Origin: Eledone cirrhosa
Taxonomy: Eukaryota
Direction: 5' to 3'
Length of the DNA: 64,000 bases
NCBI GenBank assembly: GCA_964016885.1
Contig: OZ024740.1
Location: forward strand, 83,390,001 to 83,454,000
The translations under genes and the position numbers were made by a program. The notes under the pieces are model-generated. The model was not told where the DNA came from. It was given only the letters and a program-made list of their open reading frames with translations, and made no database searches. Shown piece after piece: positions 39,481 to 51,726 of the stretch. Positions within the stretch are counted from its first letter, which is position 1, and each line of letters starts with the position of its first letter.

Positions 39481-41339
39481 GTTGTTGTCATTGTTAAAAT
39501 ATATATGATAGTAAATGATGAGTGTGTCTCTGTATTGGTATGAAGAAGAGAATCTCTGTGTTGGTATGGATTCGAAATCATACACTTATGTCACTTCGAC
39601 TCATATTTTAAACGCAGCTATTACGGGTGAGTTGAGCTCTTTACTTTGCAGCCATCTGCGTTCAGATTCTATCACACTGGCTAACAGTGCAATTAGAGCT
39701 TAATTATGTTTTCACTGACTATTAATCTGCATCTGTGGACATTTTCCTCCATACACAGGTCTTCCCTTAGAATTCACGTGCCTTTATAAATTTGCATCTA
39801 CGATATTACGGACGAAGTTTACAAAGTTTAAAAAATACAAATCAATATACTTTATCTAATGCATTAATAATTCCACCAATCAAAATCCCAGGTCCAGCAA
39901 TTTATTCAACGGCTATCTCATTTGAACGCAGCAGCAGTTTTACTCGAGGCGTAATAATCAGAAAAAAATACAATTAGCCGTTGAATCCAATCCGCTAACG
40001 GCTTTTCCAATTCGGCGACATAAACCTGACTTGCATCTAAGAAAATTTGAGTAGCACTTTACAATCGGAGTGGTGACAAAATTCATAAAAATGCAAACAC
40101 GTACCTGTTTGCCGGCAAAAATGAGTTACACCCAACGAATATTCTGCTAAATGTCAGTTTTCTCTCATAAGTGTGTGTGTGTTTGGTTATAATGTATATA
40201 AAAAAAATAAAACGCATTCATCATTTCAATCAATATACAAATATTTCATTTTAACAGTCAACGAATTATTGTATAGAATCAATGTATATATTTCAAAATT
40301 ATTAATGGAATATTTATTTTCTGAATTAGAAAGGATACATTTCTATGTCAGGAAATATATACTTCGATATACAGTGAAAATCAACATATGTATTTCAATA
40401 TGCATCATTTTTCTAGGAGTGCATATTTATATAGATACCAATATCTACCAATTACTGAATGATACATATATGGTTTCTTGCCATATGAAGAAAGCTTATT
40501 AATGAAGCTTTATAGAAATTGAAAGAAGCTGTAACTTGGGTTATTGATTTAAATTTACATCCTGAGGTTATTTGTCTATGGAACAAGATAGGTATTATAT
40601 AAATCATAGTAATTACATGTGAATATTGCGATAAAAGAAAAATCTCTGGAGTAATTGCGTTGCAATTCTTTGGAGACACTTATATTTCTTAGACATAAAA
40701 CAATAATGTTTATATAAAATATTTAATAATTATATGAGGGGACATGTTTTTCAGTCGTTTACTGGTATCCGAGTATGGCTGAGAGACGAGAGTTGATTTT
40801 AATAAGAACACTGATGAAACAGAATATATATGATAAGTGTAATACATATATATCTTAACATTTTATATTGAGAAAGAAAATAATTATCAGAAATAAGATT
40901 TTATTTTTATTACATACTAACTGAAATTCTGTTCAGTCATTCAATAACAAAGATTGTTGCGTGATATTTTATTTTGGTTTTTGTTTTATTTATTATTTTT
41001 GCTCTTGTGGAATTCTTCAGTATACGTAAATGTCAGGTTTGAAAATATTCAAATAATGGATACAAAATATAATGTGGGTCAACATGAAATTAATATAGGA
41101 AGAAATATATTAATTCAATAAATAGAATATTTCATTCACTAAAAATAAGATACCGTTTTATAACGGATAACATTAAGAATAGTACCTAGTTGATATCTTC
41201 AAGAGAGGTGGATGTAAATTTCTTTAAAAAAGCTCAGAAGGATCAGCATCCTTGCTCCACTGTTCAACGATTCCTGCCAAAATCATATGTATGTAACTGA
41301 ATGATTTCAAGCAAGTTGCATGACTGCATGTAGTTATGA

Positions 41340-41512
41340 GTGTCAGTAGAGGGTCGGACGCCATGCTTTCCAGCATAGTTACGTACCTTTACGATCTGAG
41401 TTCAAATCCCGCCGAGGTTAACTTTGCCTTTCATCCTTACGGGGTCGATAAAATAAAGTACCAATAATGCACTGGGTAATTGCTGGCCTTGTGCCTAAAG
41501 TAGAAACAATTA
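41340..41512 (+). mobile_element. tRNA-derived SINE (octopus-type body)
   Basis: gagttcaaatcccgccgaggttaactttgcctttcatcc...ggggtcgataaaataaagtacca. Confidence 0.8.
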
Positions 41513-41554
41513 ATTTTTCCTAGAGTCCATATTTGCTATATATATGTATGTATA

Positions 41555-41604
<50 letters not shown>

Positions 41605-41789
41605 ATCAAAAGATGGTTAAAAGAGTTCCATGTATTCTATTATGCGCATTTCAAAAACAAATATCATCATGCAATAACATTTGCATTTTCGTCAGATAAA
41701 ATAGGGAGACATGATATGAAGATTAAAATAGAGTTGTGAATAGTGCAGTTTTAAATCAACATATATATATATATATATATTATTATATA

Positions 41790-41875
41790 GGGGGAGGGTC
41801 ATATTTGTGTAATAATATTGCCAGAATTAATAACAGAACACACTCACTGTTTGACGATTTCAAAACCTCGCAAAA

Positions 41876-41880
<5 letters not shown>
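41790..41880. mobile_element. Small rearranged remnant of the 55.4-57.2 kb PLE pLTR in (TA)n
   Basis: ggggagggtcatatttgtgtaat...cactgtttg followed by inverted aaacctcgcaaaactaat. Confidence 0.7.
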
Positions 41881-41920
<40 letters not shown>

Positions 41921-41996
41921 GCATGTATTTAAGTATGAATGTGTGTGGGTGTGCGTGTGTTTAAATCTCTATATATATATATTTCCGCCTCCTTCG

Positions 41997-42036
<40 letters not shown>

Positions 42037-42383
42037 TCTTTCGTCTTTTCTTTCCCTCATAACTTGTTGATAATACGTTATGGGCGCGCTACGGAGACAT
42101 GTTTTGTCTATAATGCGCTGAAACATCCGTGACCAGTAGTAGACACCTGATGAAGAGAAAATATCTATCTCTTGTTTGTGATCCATTAAACTTCTAACAC
42201 TAGTTATAAGTAATCCACACGCACACATGTATATATATATATAAGAATTTATCTTCGAACATATATGTATTTGAATTTCGTATTTTTAAAGAAATCCGGT
42301 ATGTTTATAAATAAACCGTTAGAAAGATTTAGCTCTGAAAACCATTGGCAGCTAACACCACCAAGCGGTGCCGACAGAAGCAA

Positions 42384-42441
42384 GGAGGGCAATTGGCGAT
42401 GCATTTCGAACTAAACTAGTCCTCGTCAGGACGATCCCTCC
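42384..42441 (-). ncRNA. Minimal type I hammerhead ribozyme within a ~325-bp insert between (TA)n tracts
   Basis: Minus strand: GGAGGG aucguc CUGACGA GGACUA guu UAGUUC GAAA UGCA UC gccaauug CCCUCC. Intact core, 6-bp stem II, palindromic stem III. Confidence 0.75.
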
Positions 42442-42565
42442 CGCTCTTTCAAATGCCGGACTTTGAACGCATATTAAAATACGTATTTTTTCCGTCCGTG
42501 TAAATGAGGTGGGAAATCTAACTTGCATATGAAGCTGTACAAGTTGGCTCAACTTAAAATAGAAT

Positions 42566-42613
<48 letters not shown>

Positions 42614-42637
42614 TGAGTATGTGTGTGTGTTTCTATG

Positions 42638-42669
<32 letters not shown>

Positions 42670-43298
42670 ACAGAACGGAGAACATACCTGTTTGTATGTG
42701 TGTTGGTGTGCATGGATATATCTGTATTTGTAAACATATATTATATCCATAGAATAGCACAGCCATTGTATTTATATTATCAAACCGTACGCAACGTAGG
42801 TGTTTATCAATATGTATGACAAGTCAAATCCTTATACAAATTTCTTGCAGCATTTAACTGCTATCGCGTAAGCATTATATTGCATACTAAAAAATAATGT
42901 CGATTCAAGAAGTTCCTTTGCATACTAAGAGAAAAGACCACACTCAGGGTTGTTTAGCATATTTTTGGAAATATATGTTACGGGTTATATTCAGTAGAGC
43001 AAATAGACATGAAATGAAATCAACTTCGTGGTTAAACTACATTCGAGCTATGTAAATATATGTACTCTAATATTTATTTATATATCTTTATGTATGGGTG
43101 ACACCACTCGTGGGATCGCTGCCTCTGTTTTTAATTCGCGTGATCTCGTTCGTGACGTACCCTCTTTTAGCACTATTAAGGAGGGCAGACTTGTTTTATA
43201 TTCACCACTATTTCCATAGGTAATATGTTCGTCACTCTGGTGGTTTTTGATCCCCTATGATTGAACATGTGTCTCTATGTGTACTTCTCTATCTATGT

Positions 43299-43354
<56 letters not shown>

Positions 43355-45717
43355 TGAATGTTGTGAGTGAAGAATACATGGAAATCTCACATGTGTACCA
43401 TTTAAGTTGAATTGACCGAGTTTATCATGATATGATTTTGTGTATATATATATATATTATATATATTATATATAAATATATATAGGGAGGGGGTTGCATG
43501 TGTATGTGTGTGCGTCGTTTCTGTGTATCTAAATGTGTATATATATAGGTATATAGCAGAAGATAATGAATTGAAAACTACATCGGTACGATAATCTAGG
43601 CATTAGCAGAAACTTAATTCCACAATCTAACAACAGAAAATCAATGTAGCATTCACATTTCAGAGTAAGCATAAAAGTTGGAAATTCTGTTACACCAACC
43701 TTCATATTATACATAGAATATGAGATTTTATCTTTGTGTATACAAAAAATATCACAACAAAAGAAAATATATAGCTGGGCAATTTATATAATATTTGAAG
43801 AAACAAGGAATGAAAGACATATATAAGGGAAAATCTCTTGAAACATTACTAAAATATATATAGGTATCCCCATATTAGCATAATCATGCTATTTCTACTG
43901 GTAGAACAATCAAATTAATCGTAAAGTAATCGGTAAATTTGACACAAGTAGAAATACATGGATGAAGAGGTTACCAAAATATGAGAAAGCATACAGCACT
44001 GCATCGTTATATATTTAGTGAGGGGTGGTAATTATTAGAAGATTTTTTATTAATCACGATTATGGAAATAATTCTAATGCACATGCCACCACCATAAATG
44101 AAATTAAAATTTAGTCCATCAGGAACAGCCACTCGAAATCACGCGGCATGCACCTGCGGGCAGCCGATAGCACCTTTCCGATAGCAGTGAGCAGGGATGT
44201 GGTCCGGGGGTCAAGAAAGATCGCCGAACGTCTTCAACCTGACGAGTAGCGAAGACTGGTCTGGTAGCGGAATGCACCAGGTTGCCGCTAATTATGTGTA
44301 ACAACATGTAGCATCCTTGATGAGGGGCCTGTCCCTGCAGATCAGGTAGATTGTCATAGTGTCTGACCTTATGCTGACCTCTGAGTTCAGCCCCATTTAC
44401 TCATTCAGGCCATTTTCTATTATCTCGTAGAGAGCAGGAAAGCGTGGGAGGCAGCAAGCGCTAAAACGGCAAAGTATCCACAGATGAACCGCAACGGCTT
44501 TTTTTTGAAGTTTACATATCGGGTGAACGAGGCTCAACGAAGGAGCAATATGCAAGCAATCGCTGTCCATGTGAGTGGCACCCGAAAATGATAGTAATAC
44601 GTTGAGCCAGGTGCCACTGTGAAATTGGGAGCCGAGCGAATACATGCCAGACGATGCTGGTTGTGTTCGCGCACCTGTATGACAGATACCATTTTGCACT
44701 GTATGGCATTTCATTTGATTTGGGTAGATTCGACGTCTACCGTGGATGGACGTCCGGAGCAATTATGGCTGAGGTCACTCCTAGCACAGCAGTTTGATAT
44801 ACATACAAAATATAATTGTTTACTTACTTGACCAAAAGCCAGACATGTAAACACAAAACTGTAATAAATATATGTATAGTTATAATATACGTAAATTCAC
44901 TAAGACATTTCAATGACAAAACCATATCACTAAAGAGATAAAGAATAAGGCTGGCAATATAACATAGATAGGTCTACGATTATATCATATAACAACTAGG
45001 AAAGCAACGAGAAGCTCGTAGAAAAATTTCGCATGCATGAGTGAATTAAGAATTAATGTTCATTAAAAATAATAATTTAAACTATATAAGTATGTGTACG
45101 CATGTTGTAATTTACGATCAATTATTGTTCTTATTTGTGTTTATATATATTTCGATGAATATTTAATGTTATTATACATCTATGTATATATTTGTGTATG
45201 CAATTACACATATGAGTCGCAATAAGATGCAAATTAGTGCTGCATTTTTAGGAACTAACTATGAATGATATTCTGTACACGCTCCTAAACTGGTCAATTA
45301 CTTCAGTTACTTCAGTTACTGGAAAGCATCCGACTCAAAAAGGGTGCCTCCTTTAGACAGGTACACGTTTTTTCAAAACAAACATTTTTTCAAATGATCC
45401 GGCTGCAGAAATAAAAGACAACATGGAGGCATATATTAGTTTTCAAAAGAGCTCATGGTTGATGTTGTATGCGAGAATAATGCTGACGAAAATATTTTGT
45501 CAATAATATTCTGAAGAAATTATTTATGAGAATCTGTTCTCAGTTGCAACTATTTTAAGTAATTTAAAATACACCAATGAGTTACATATCGAGTGTTCAT
45601 TAAAACGCAGCTATAATTCACAATCAGATAATGATATATATATACAGGTTCGTGTGTGATTCAATCTTATGTTCATCGGCTCGATAGATCCTTTTTAAAA
45701 ATGGTGCATATATGTAT

Positions 45718-45769
<52 letters not shown>

Positions 45770-46699
45770 AAATGTATATATAGTATATTTGGCAATATAC
45801 TGTATGCTTAATTAAACACATTTTGAAGACCTTGCGCTATTAATTTAAAGTAGTGACTATGTCACTTACTTCTTTTTTCAAAAAACAAGGAGATAAACTG
45901 ACACATCTGTTTCATACTGTTGGTAATGTTAAGAGCATAGCACTCGCCGATGCCTGTTGAACATTATAGATGTTGGATTCTTTGGAAAATTATAGATGTT
46001 GGATTCTTTGTTATAAATTGTACAATTATCAAAAAGAGACATTAAGTCTTCCCAGGCCAAAAATGAAATGTTCTTGTGTGGAAAACCTAAAGGGCATGTG
46101 TTGTATAAGTGATGAGTAGATTTATATGGTTTTATTATTAAAATATTTTAGGCGCCAAATATATTTGTATATGAGTGACACGTCTATTATTGCACCCTCT
46201 CATCAGTGACATGTCTATTATTTAACATCTTTCAAAGATATTTATATATGTGAAATATATATATATTTATATATGTTACGAATAAATTTTTATTCATATT
46301 CATTTTGACTGAATATTGTTTTCTGGATAACATTACTCAATTTATTTGACTGTTCTTATCTTATGCTCTGAAACATATGTTCCCTTTTACCCACTAAAAT
46401 TTGAATTTTATTTAATTAACAAATTTATGTTTTATTACGGCATTCAGTATTTCACTCGGCCTTTTTAATGAGAATAATTTCATTGTTCAATTTAAGATAC
46501 TATATATATAAATATCAGATATTCCCTTAAGCATGTAAATTAACAATGAGGGTTTAGTTTTAAATTTGTGAATTGGTGTAATTTAGCACTAATATGGACA
46601 TTTTAATGACATCTAAGTTCATGACATCAGCCATAACCTCTTAAATAAGTGATTGACTAAAACACTTCGATGCCAGTAAGAAGAAACTATTAATATCTC

Positions 46700-46971
46700 T
46701 TTGCAACTTTAGATATTCTGAGACAACTGATGAAGAATATTTCATTTTTAAAAGCATATTTAATATATAATAAATTTCAATACTGATTACTTTCAATAAT
46801 TGAGTTTGTATTGTTATTATTAATTAACTATTAACATCTTTTTGCATCTTTAGATATCCTGAGAGAACTGATGTAGAATATTCTATTTTTAAAAGCATAT
46901 CTAATATATAATAAATTTCAATAGTGATTGCTTTCAATAATTAAGCTTGTATCGTTAGTATTAATTAACCA
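46700..46971. repeat. Diverged tandem duplication, about 140-bp unit x2
   Basis: ctttagatat.ctgaga.aactgatg.agaatatt...ttaattaac occurs twice. Confidence 0.85.
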
Positions 46972-46974
46972 TCA

Positions 46975-47190
46975 AGGGTGGTGGATTGACAGTATCGGAA
47001 GAGAGTCAACACCATGCTTTACAGCAGAGAGTAAAGGCCCTTTACTGTATGAGTTCAAATCCTGCCGAGTTAACTTTGCCTTTCTTCCTTACAGGGTCGA
47101 CAAAATAAAGCACCAGTAACGTACTGGGATCAATTTAATCGACTTTCCCCTCCCCCAAATTACTGGCATTGGCCTTTACTAGAAATCATT
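46975..47190 (+). mobile_element. tRNA-derived SINE
   Basis: gagttcaaatcctgccgagttaactttgcc...gggtcgacaaaataaagcaccag. Confidence 0.78.
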
Positions 47191-47807
47191 AATTAATCAT
47201 GATGGTTTCAGAACATAACACAAAGTCATTGAGAGTTGTTTCTTATAATTGGCGTTTTTATTAAAATATTCGTAATGCAGATGATGCCGTTACAGCAAAT
47301 TAGATTTTCGGGCTATATATGGCATATTCAACGTATTAAATATTTTAACAATGAAGTGTTTCTTTTATATTTTTCACACAACCGTAACAAAATATAGTTC
47401 AGAGATTTAATGGAAAATATTAGCGTATATATAAATTTAGAGGTCCAATATATATGAATAAATTATGTCAGTTTAAAAGCCAATTAAACATTTTAAAAAT
47501 CTCCCCAAAAATGATGTTTTGTGGGATTGAATATATTTCATTTCCCCCAAATCTTTATTGCATATTTGATTGGCAGCGCATATATATATATATATATATG
47601 TGTTAAAATAACAGATTAAAGTTTAAGCAAAGAATCACTGCTTTCACCCTTAACGGGATCTTCTGAAACTAAAAAAGTCAATCTAAGAACGCACAAATAT
47701 TTCAAAAAACGTTGCAACCGAAGGAAGACAGGAAGACGATACTTTGGTTCGTGGAAACGTTCCCTGGCAAAGAACGGAAAAAACGAAGATAATACGTCAT
47801 CATTTGG

Positions 47808-47962
47808 TGCCATGGTTTCTAGCATAGTTACGTCCTTTTACAGTCTGAGTTCAAATCCCGCCGAGGTTAACTTTGCCTTTCATCCTTGCGGGGTCGATAA
47901 AATAAAGTACCAGTAATGTACTGGGTAATGGTTGGCCTTGTGCCTGAAGAAGAAACAATTAT
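47808..47962 (+). mobile_element. tRNA-derived SINE, close to the copy at 41340
   Basis: agcatagttacgt...gagttcaaatcccgccgaggttaac...ggccttgtgcct. Confidence 0.8.
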
Positions 47963-48111
47963 TTGGTGCGGTGAAAACAATTACACACAAAGACGAAACC
48001 ACGTTTATGGTATAAAGGAAGTCGTATATATATACATTTAATTATTTATTTATATATTTATTTATTTATATAATGCGAAGCATTGTGAGATAAGTCGTAA
48101 ATAACTAAGTG

Positions 48112-48370
48112 TTTTAAAAGCCGGTATAATGCTGTGGAAAATACGTAGGGCGAATGATGGTGAATGAAATAAAAGAAAACAAAGTAAAGTAATGTTTTAC
48201 TCTGGGTTATGGCATATACTTAGAGGTTTCGTATCCGAAAAGAGTGTACTAGCCTTGGAATTTCATGGCATAATACTGTGGCTAAAACGTTAATTTACTT
48301 CATTTTGTTTTATTTCATTTACCATCATTTACACTTCGAATTTTCATCGCATTGTACCGGCTTTTAAAAA
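48112..48370. mobile_element. MITE-like imperfect fold-back element
   Basis: ttttaaaagccggtataatgc...aatgatggtgaatgaaataaaa pairs with ttttatttcatttaccatcatt...gcattgtaccggcttttaaaa. Confidence 0.75.
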
Positions 48371-48991
48371 TAATGTATAGGTCATTTTTTTATTTGTTTA
48401 CGTATGCATATGCATACTTGATTGCTTGTTTAATCTAGTGGTCAATTTGGATGCGATTAAATATTTTCCCACTATTCCCGTCAATTTGGGGTTGGTAATT
48501 AATTAATTTCTATAATATAAATAACATTGAGAGTAATTATTATTGCAGTATTTCACGAGTGTACATCACAGTTTCGAGTTCATCAATATTATCAATGAAC
48601 AATATTTTGCCTTAAATCTAACATGTCAGCAAACTGCTAGAAAATTTATTGATTCATTGTTTGTATTTATAGCTAGTGTGGGCTGAATGTTTAGAACTAT
48701 GTATGGACATCAATTTTGATTTTCTTTTATTACTGGTAAATTTATAACATCTAGAATTTTAAACTGATATGTATTTCGGTTACGATATTCACTTGATTAA
48801 CACCTGTAGATATTTATGTGAATAATTTGTTTGCGCACATTCTGATATAATAAGGAAAACCATCTAAAATTATTCAAGTAAAAAATATATAAATTATGAC
48901 AAAAAAAGATCGTATTCAGGTTTCTATTTTTTCTGTTGTTTCTAAAATGGATAGCTTATTAAATCATTCAAGACGATATTAACAGTTATGA

Positions 48992-49733
48992 ATCCACCGC
49001 CAACAAATCCGGGACGCTAACACAAGAAAAATCCCCTTGAGCAGCCATATTGCGAACTGCGCAGGAATGACACTACCCAACTTTAAAATCTTCCCCTTCT
49101 ATAAGTGCTCAGATTCGTTCACACAGCAACGAAGAATAAACAAAGAAAATCTATTCCTTAACAAATTTAAACCAAAACTAAACGGGTTATCACCCCAATA
49201 GAATTGTCATAAAATATAAACACACATACGCACGGAGTGACAGATATATGTGTGTGTATGTGTGCATGTATATAATTATCACTACTATTAAAGACCAGAG
49301 ACCAATTCTGTAGAATCAGGTTTATTCGTTGACAGACCATGCCTTTGTGTGACCAACACATCCATGTTAAACCCTGAACGTGCACACACATATATCTATA
49401 TATATATGCGCACACAGAATTCACCACTGTCGGTTGCGGGGAACAATCTACATGAAGAACTCAATGTGATCAGAATGACTTGTATTTTAATTTCACTGTC
49501 CTAACTTCTTATATTATGGAAAAAATATATGTGTATGCATGTATATATATATATATATATATTTGGAGGCCATTTCTCTATGTGTGTGGGTGTATGTATG
49601 TCTGTGTGTGTGTGTGTGTGGATGTATGTATGTGTATGTATTGTGTGTGTGTGTGTGTGTATGTATGTGTGTATCTGGATGTATGCGTATGTGTATATAT
49701 ATGTGTGTGTGTATATATATGTGTGTGTATGTG

Positions 49734-49781
<48 letters not shown>

Positions 49782-49891
49782 TGTATGTATGTGTATATAT
49801 GTGTGTGTATGTGTGTATGTATATATATATATGTGTGTGTATGTGTGTATGTATATATATATGTGTGTGTATGTATGTGTGTATATGTATA

Positions 49892-49946
<55 letters not shown>

Positions 49947-50490
49947 ATGTATATGTATGTGTGTGTGGATGAGGGTATGTGTGTATATATAGGTGTAAGT
50001 GCACTAAATCCCTATCTATCACTCTCCCCTCTCCTACCGACCACAGGGAGATATATGTATGTATATTGCTTCCACCCACTCACTGACCAACAGCTGGCCA
50101 TCTGGCCATTGCTAAATCTGACCTTTATAAAATAACCCACTCCCCCAAATAACTCCTCATTCACTACCAGAAAGGCACACAGCAGTCAACTTGCTGCTAC
50201 CAAGATGAAAACTACTATGAAATCTCACACTGAATTTTATACTTGAATTTTCAAATCTCAAATTTTAACTCTTCTTATTATTAATTTTCTTAATATTAAT
50301 CAACATTTGAAAAGATGGCTTTTGCAGACCCATCGAAACCGGTCATTTTGTATACCCTTTATTATTTCCTTACCTTATAAAATGATATGTTTTTTCACAA
50401 AAAAGTATTCTGTCTCTTATATATTCCATGTGCCATTACCAACCTCAATTTTCTCCATAACCTTCGTTTTGTGTAGAAACTTACACTTTT
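48992..50490 (+). repeat. 5' pLTR (partial tandem copy), containing a TG/TA microsatellite
   Basis: Near-identical to 53822-55407 apart from the microsatellite. Confidence 0.93.
50301..50350 (+). ncRNA. Minimal hammerhead ribozyme, U3-A8 variant, in the 5' pLTR
   Basis: caacau UUGAAAA GAUGG...CCAUC GAAA CCGG UC auuuug. Confidence 0.7.
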
Positions 50491-50520
50491 CATATATACT
50501 AACCTACGCAAATCCGGAAA

Positions 50521-51726
50521 ATGGCACTGGAACAAGACAACACAACTTCAAACTCCAATATAAATGGGGAAATCCTGAAAATCCTAAAAGAGATAAATGG
50601 AAAACTCACCATTCTGACAAAAAAACAGGATATACCCCAAAACACCACACCGACTGACAACCAAATTTATTTAAACGTTCAAACGTATGCAACTCCATCG
50701 AAAAACTTATGAATACCAAAACAGAACAGACGACATTGCTCCATTTCAAAAACCAAATGGGACACCTCTGGAATAAACATCTAAAAACCAGAAAATTCAC
50801 TTTCTGGAATATGATAAAAAACCTCAACAAAGCTGGAATTTACCAAAAATGGATTAACTCAACACCGATAGTTTTACCACGTAAATTCCAAATAAAGCAT
50901 ATTACAAACAAACCTGAACTAGAAAGAAAACTCCGTGAATGTCACTCAACAGGATAAACATGGAAATAGAACTCCTAAAATTAAGGGCCACCTCCAACGA
51001 GCAAGAGTATAAGGATACTGATAAAAATATGGAGGAAGAATGCACTAAAAAGGCCCAGGGAACAACCCTACAAAATTTAATCAAATCGTGGAAACAGGAC
51101 TGCGAGAATGCAGAAATTATTTCCCTTAAACGGTGGGAAAAATACGAAAACTGGTTCCTAAATATGAAGAAGACTTTAAAAGGACGCACCAAACAGGTAA
51201 CCGCTTTATAAAGCATTTGAACATAACAAGAACTACAACAGACACATTTACACCACCAAACCCAACACACACTAACCACAGGCACATCCCCCACCAACAC
51301 AAACCAAATACGGCCAACTACACCAAAAGAAACACACCCAACCACCACAACACAGGTTTCCGTAGAAATGCCCCCTACATAAACCAACGACGAAATAACA
51401 TCGATCCAACTCACAACACACACACCACATTCCTCAGAAGAAATCCACCCAGACCACTTGAAATCACAACAGAACTTACCCACAACCACACCAGACATAA
51501 CCCTCAATCCAACAAAAAACAACCCCCCAACCCCAACCTCAACACTCTGTACCACAGAAATAACGCACCCAGACCACATGAACCAACAACAGAATCCTTG
51601 CTCATCAACAACCACAACACATACCACCCCCACCATCACATTCACCCCCATGAAACAACAAGCTACAGACCCACACGCAACAGACCAACAAAATATAATC
51701 ACACACAAACTACATTCCTTTTTTAG
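50521..51726 (+). pseudogene. Upstream ORF1-like region of the Neptune-like PLE (helical/charged N-part, R/N/H/P-rich C-part), frameshifted
   Basis: Overlapping fragments 50521-50712, 50709-50957, 50939-51211 and 51133-51726 begin 30 nt after the pLTR. Confidence 0.6.

Noticed and set aside
47603-47660. Short sequence repeated at about 62072-62127 next to (TA)n
   Set aside because: A real dispersed-repeat end, but too short to classify.
49480-50135. Cys/Val/Tyr/Ile- and His/Thr-rich ORFs (also at 16.4, 18.5, 33.0, 42.5, 54.3 and 59.4 kb)
   Set aside because: Translations of (TA)n/(TG)n/(CA)n microsatellites.
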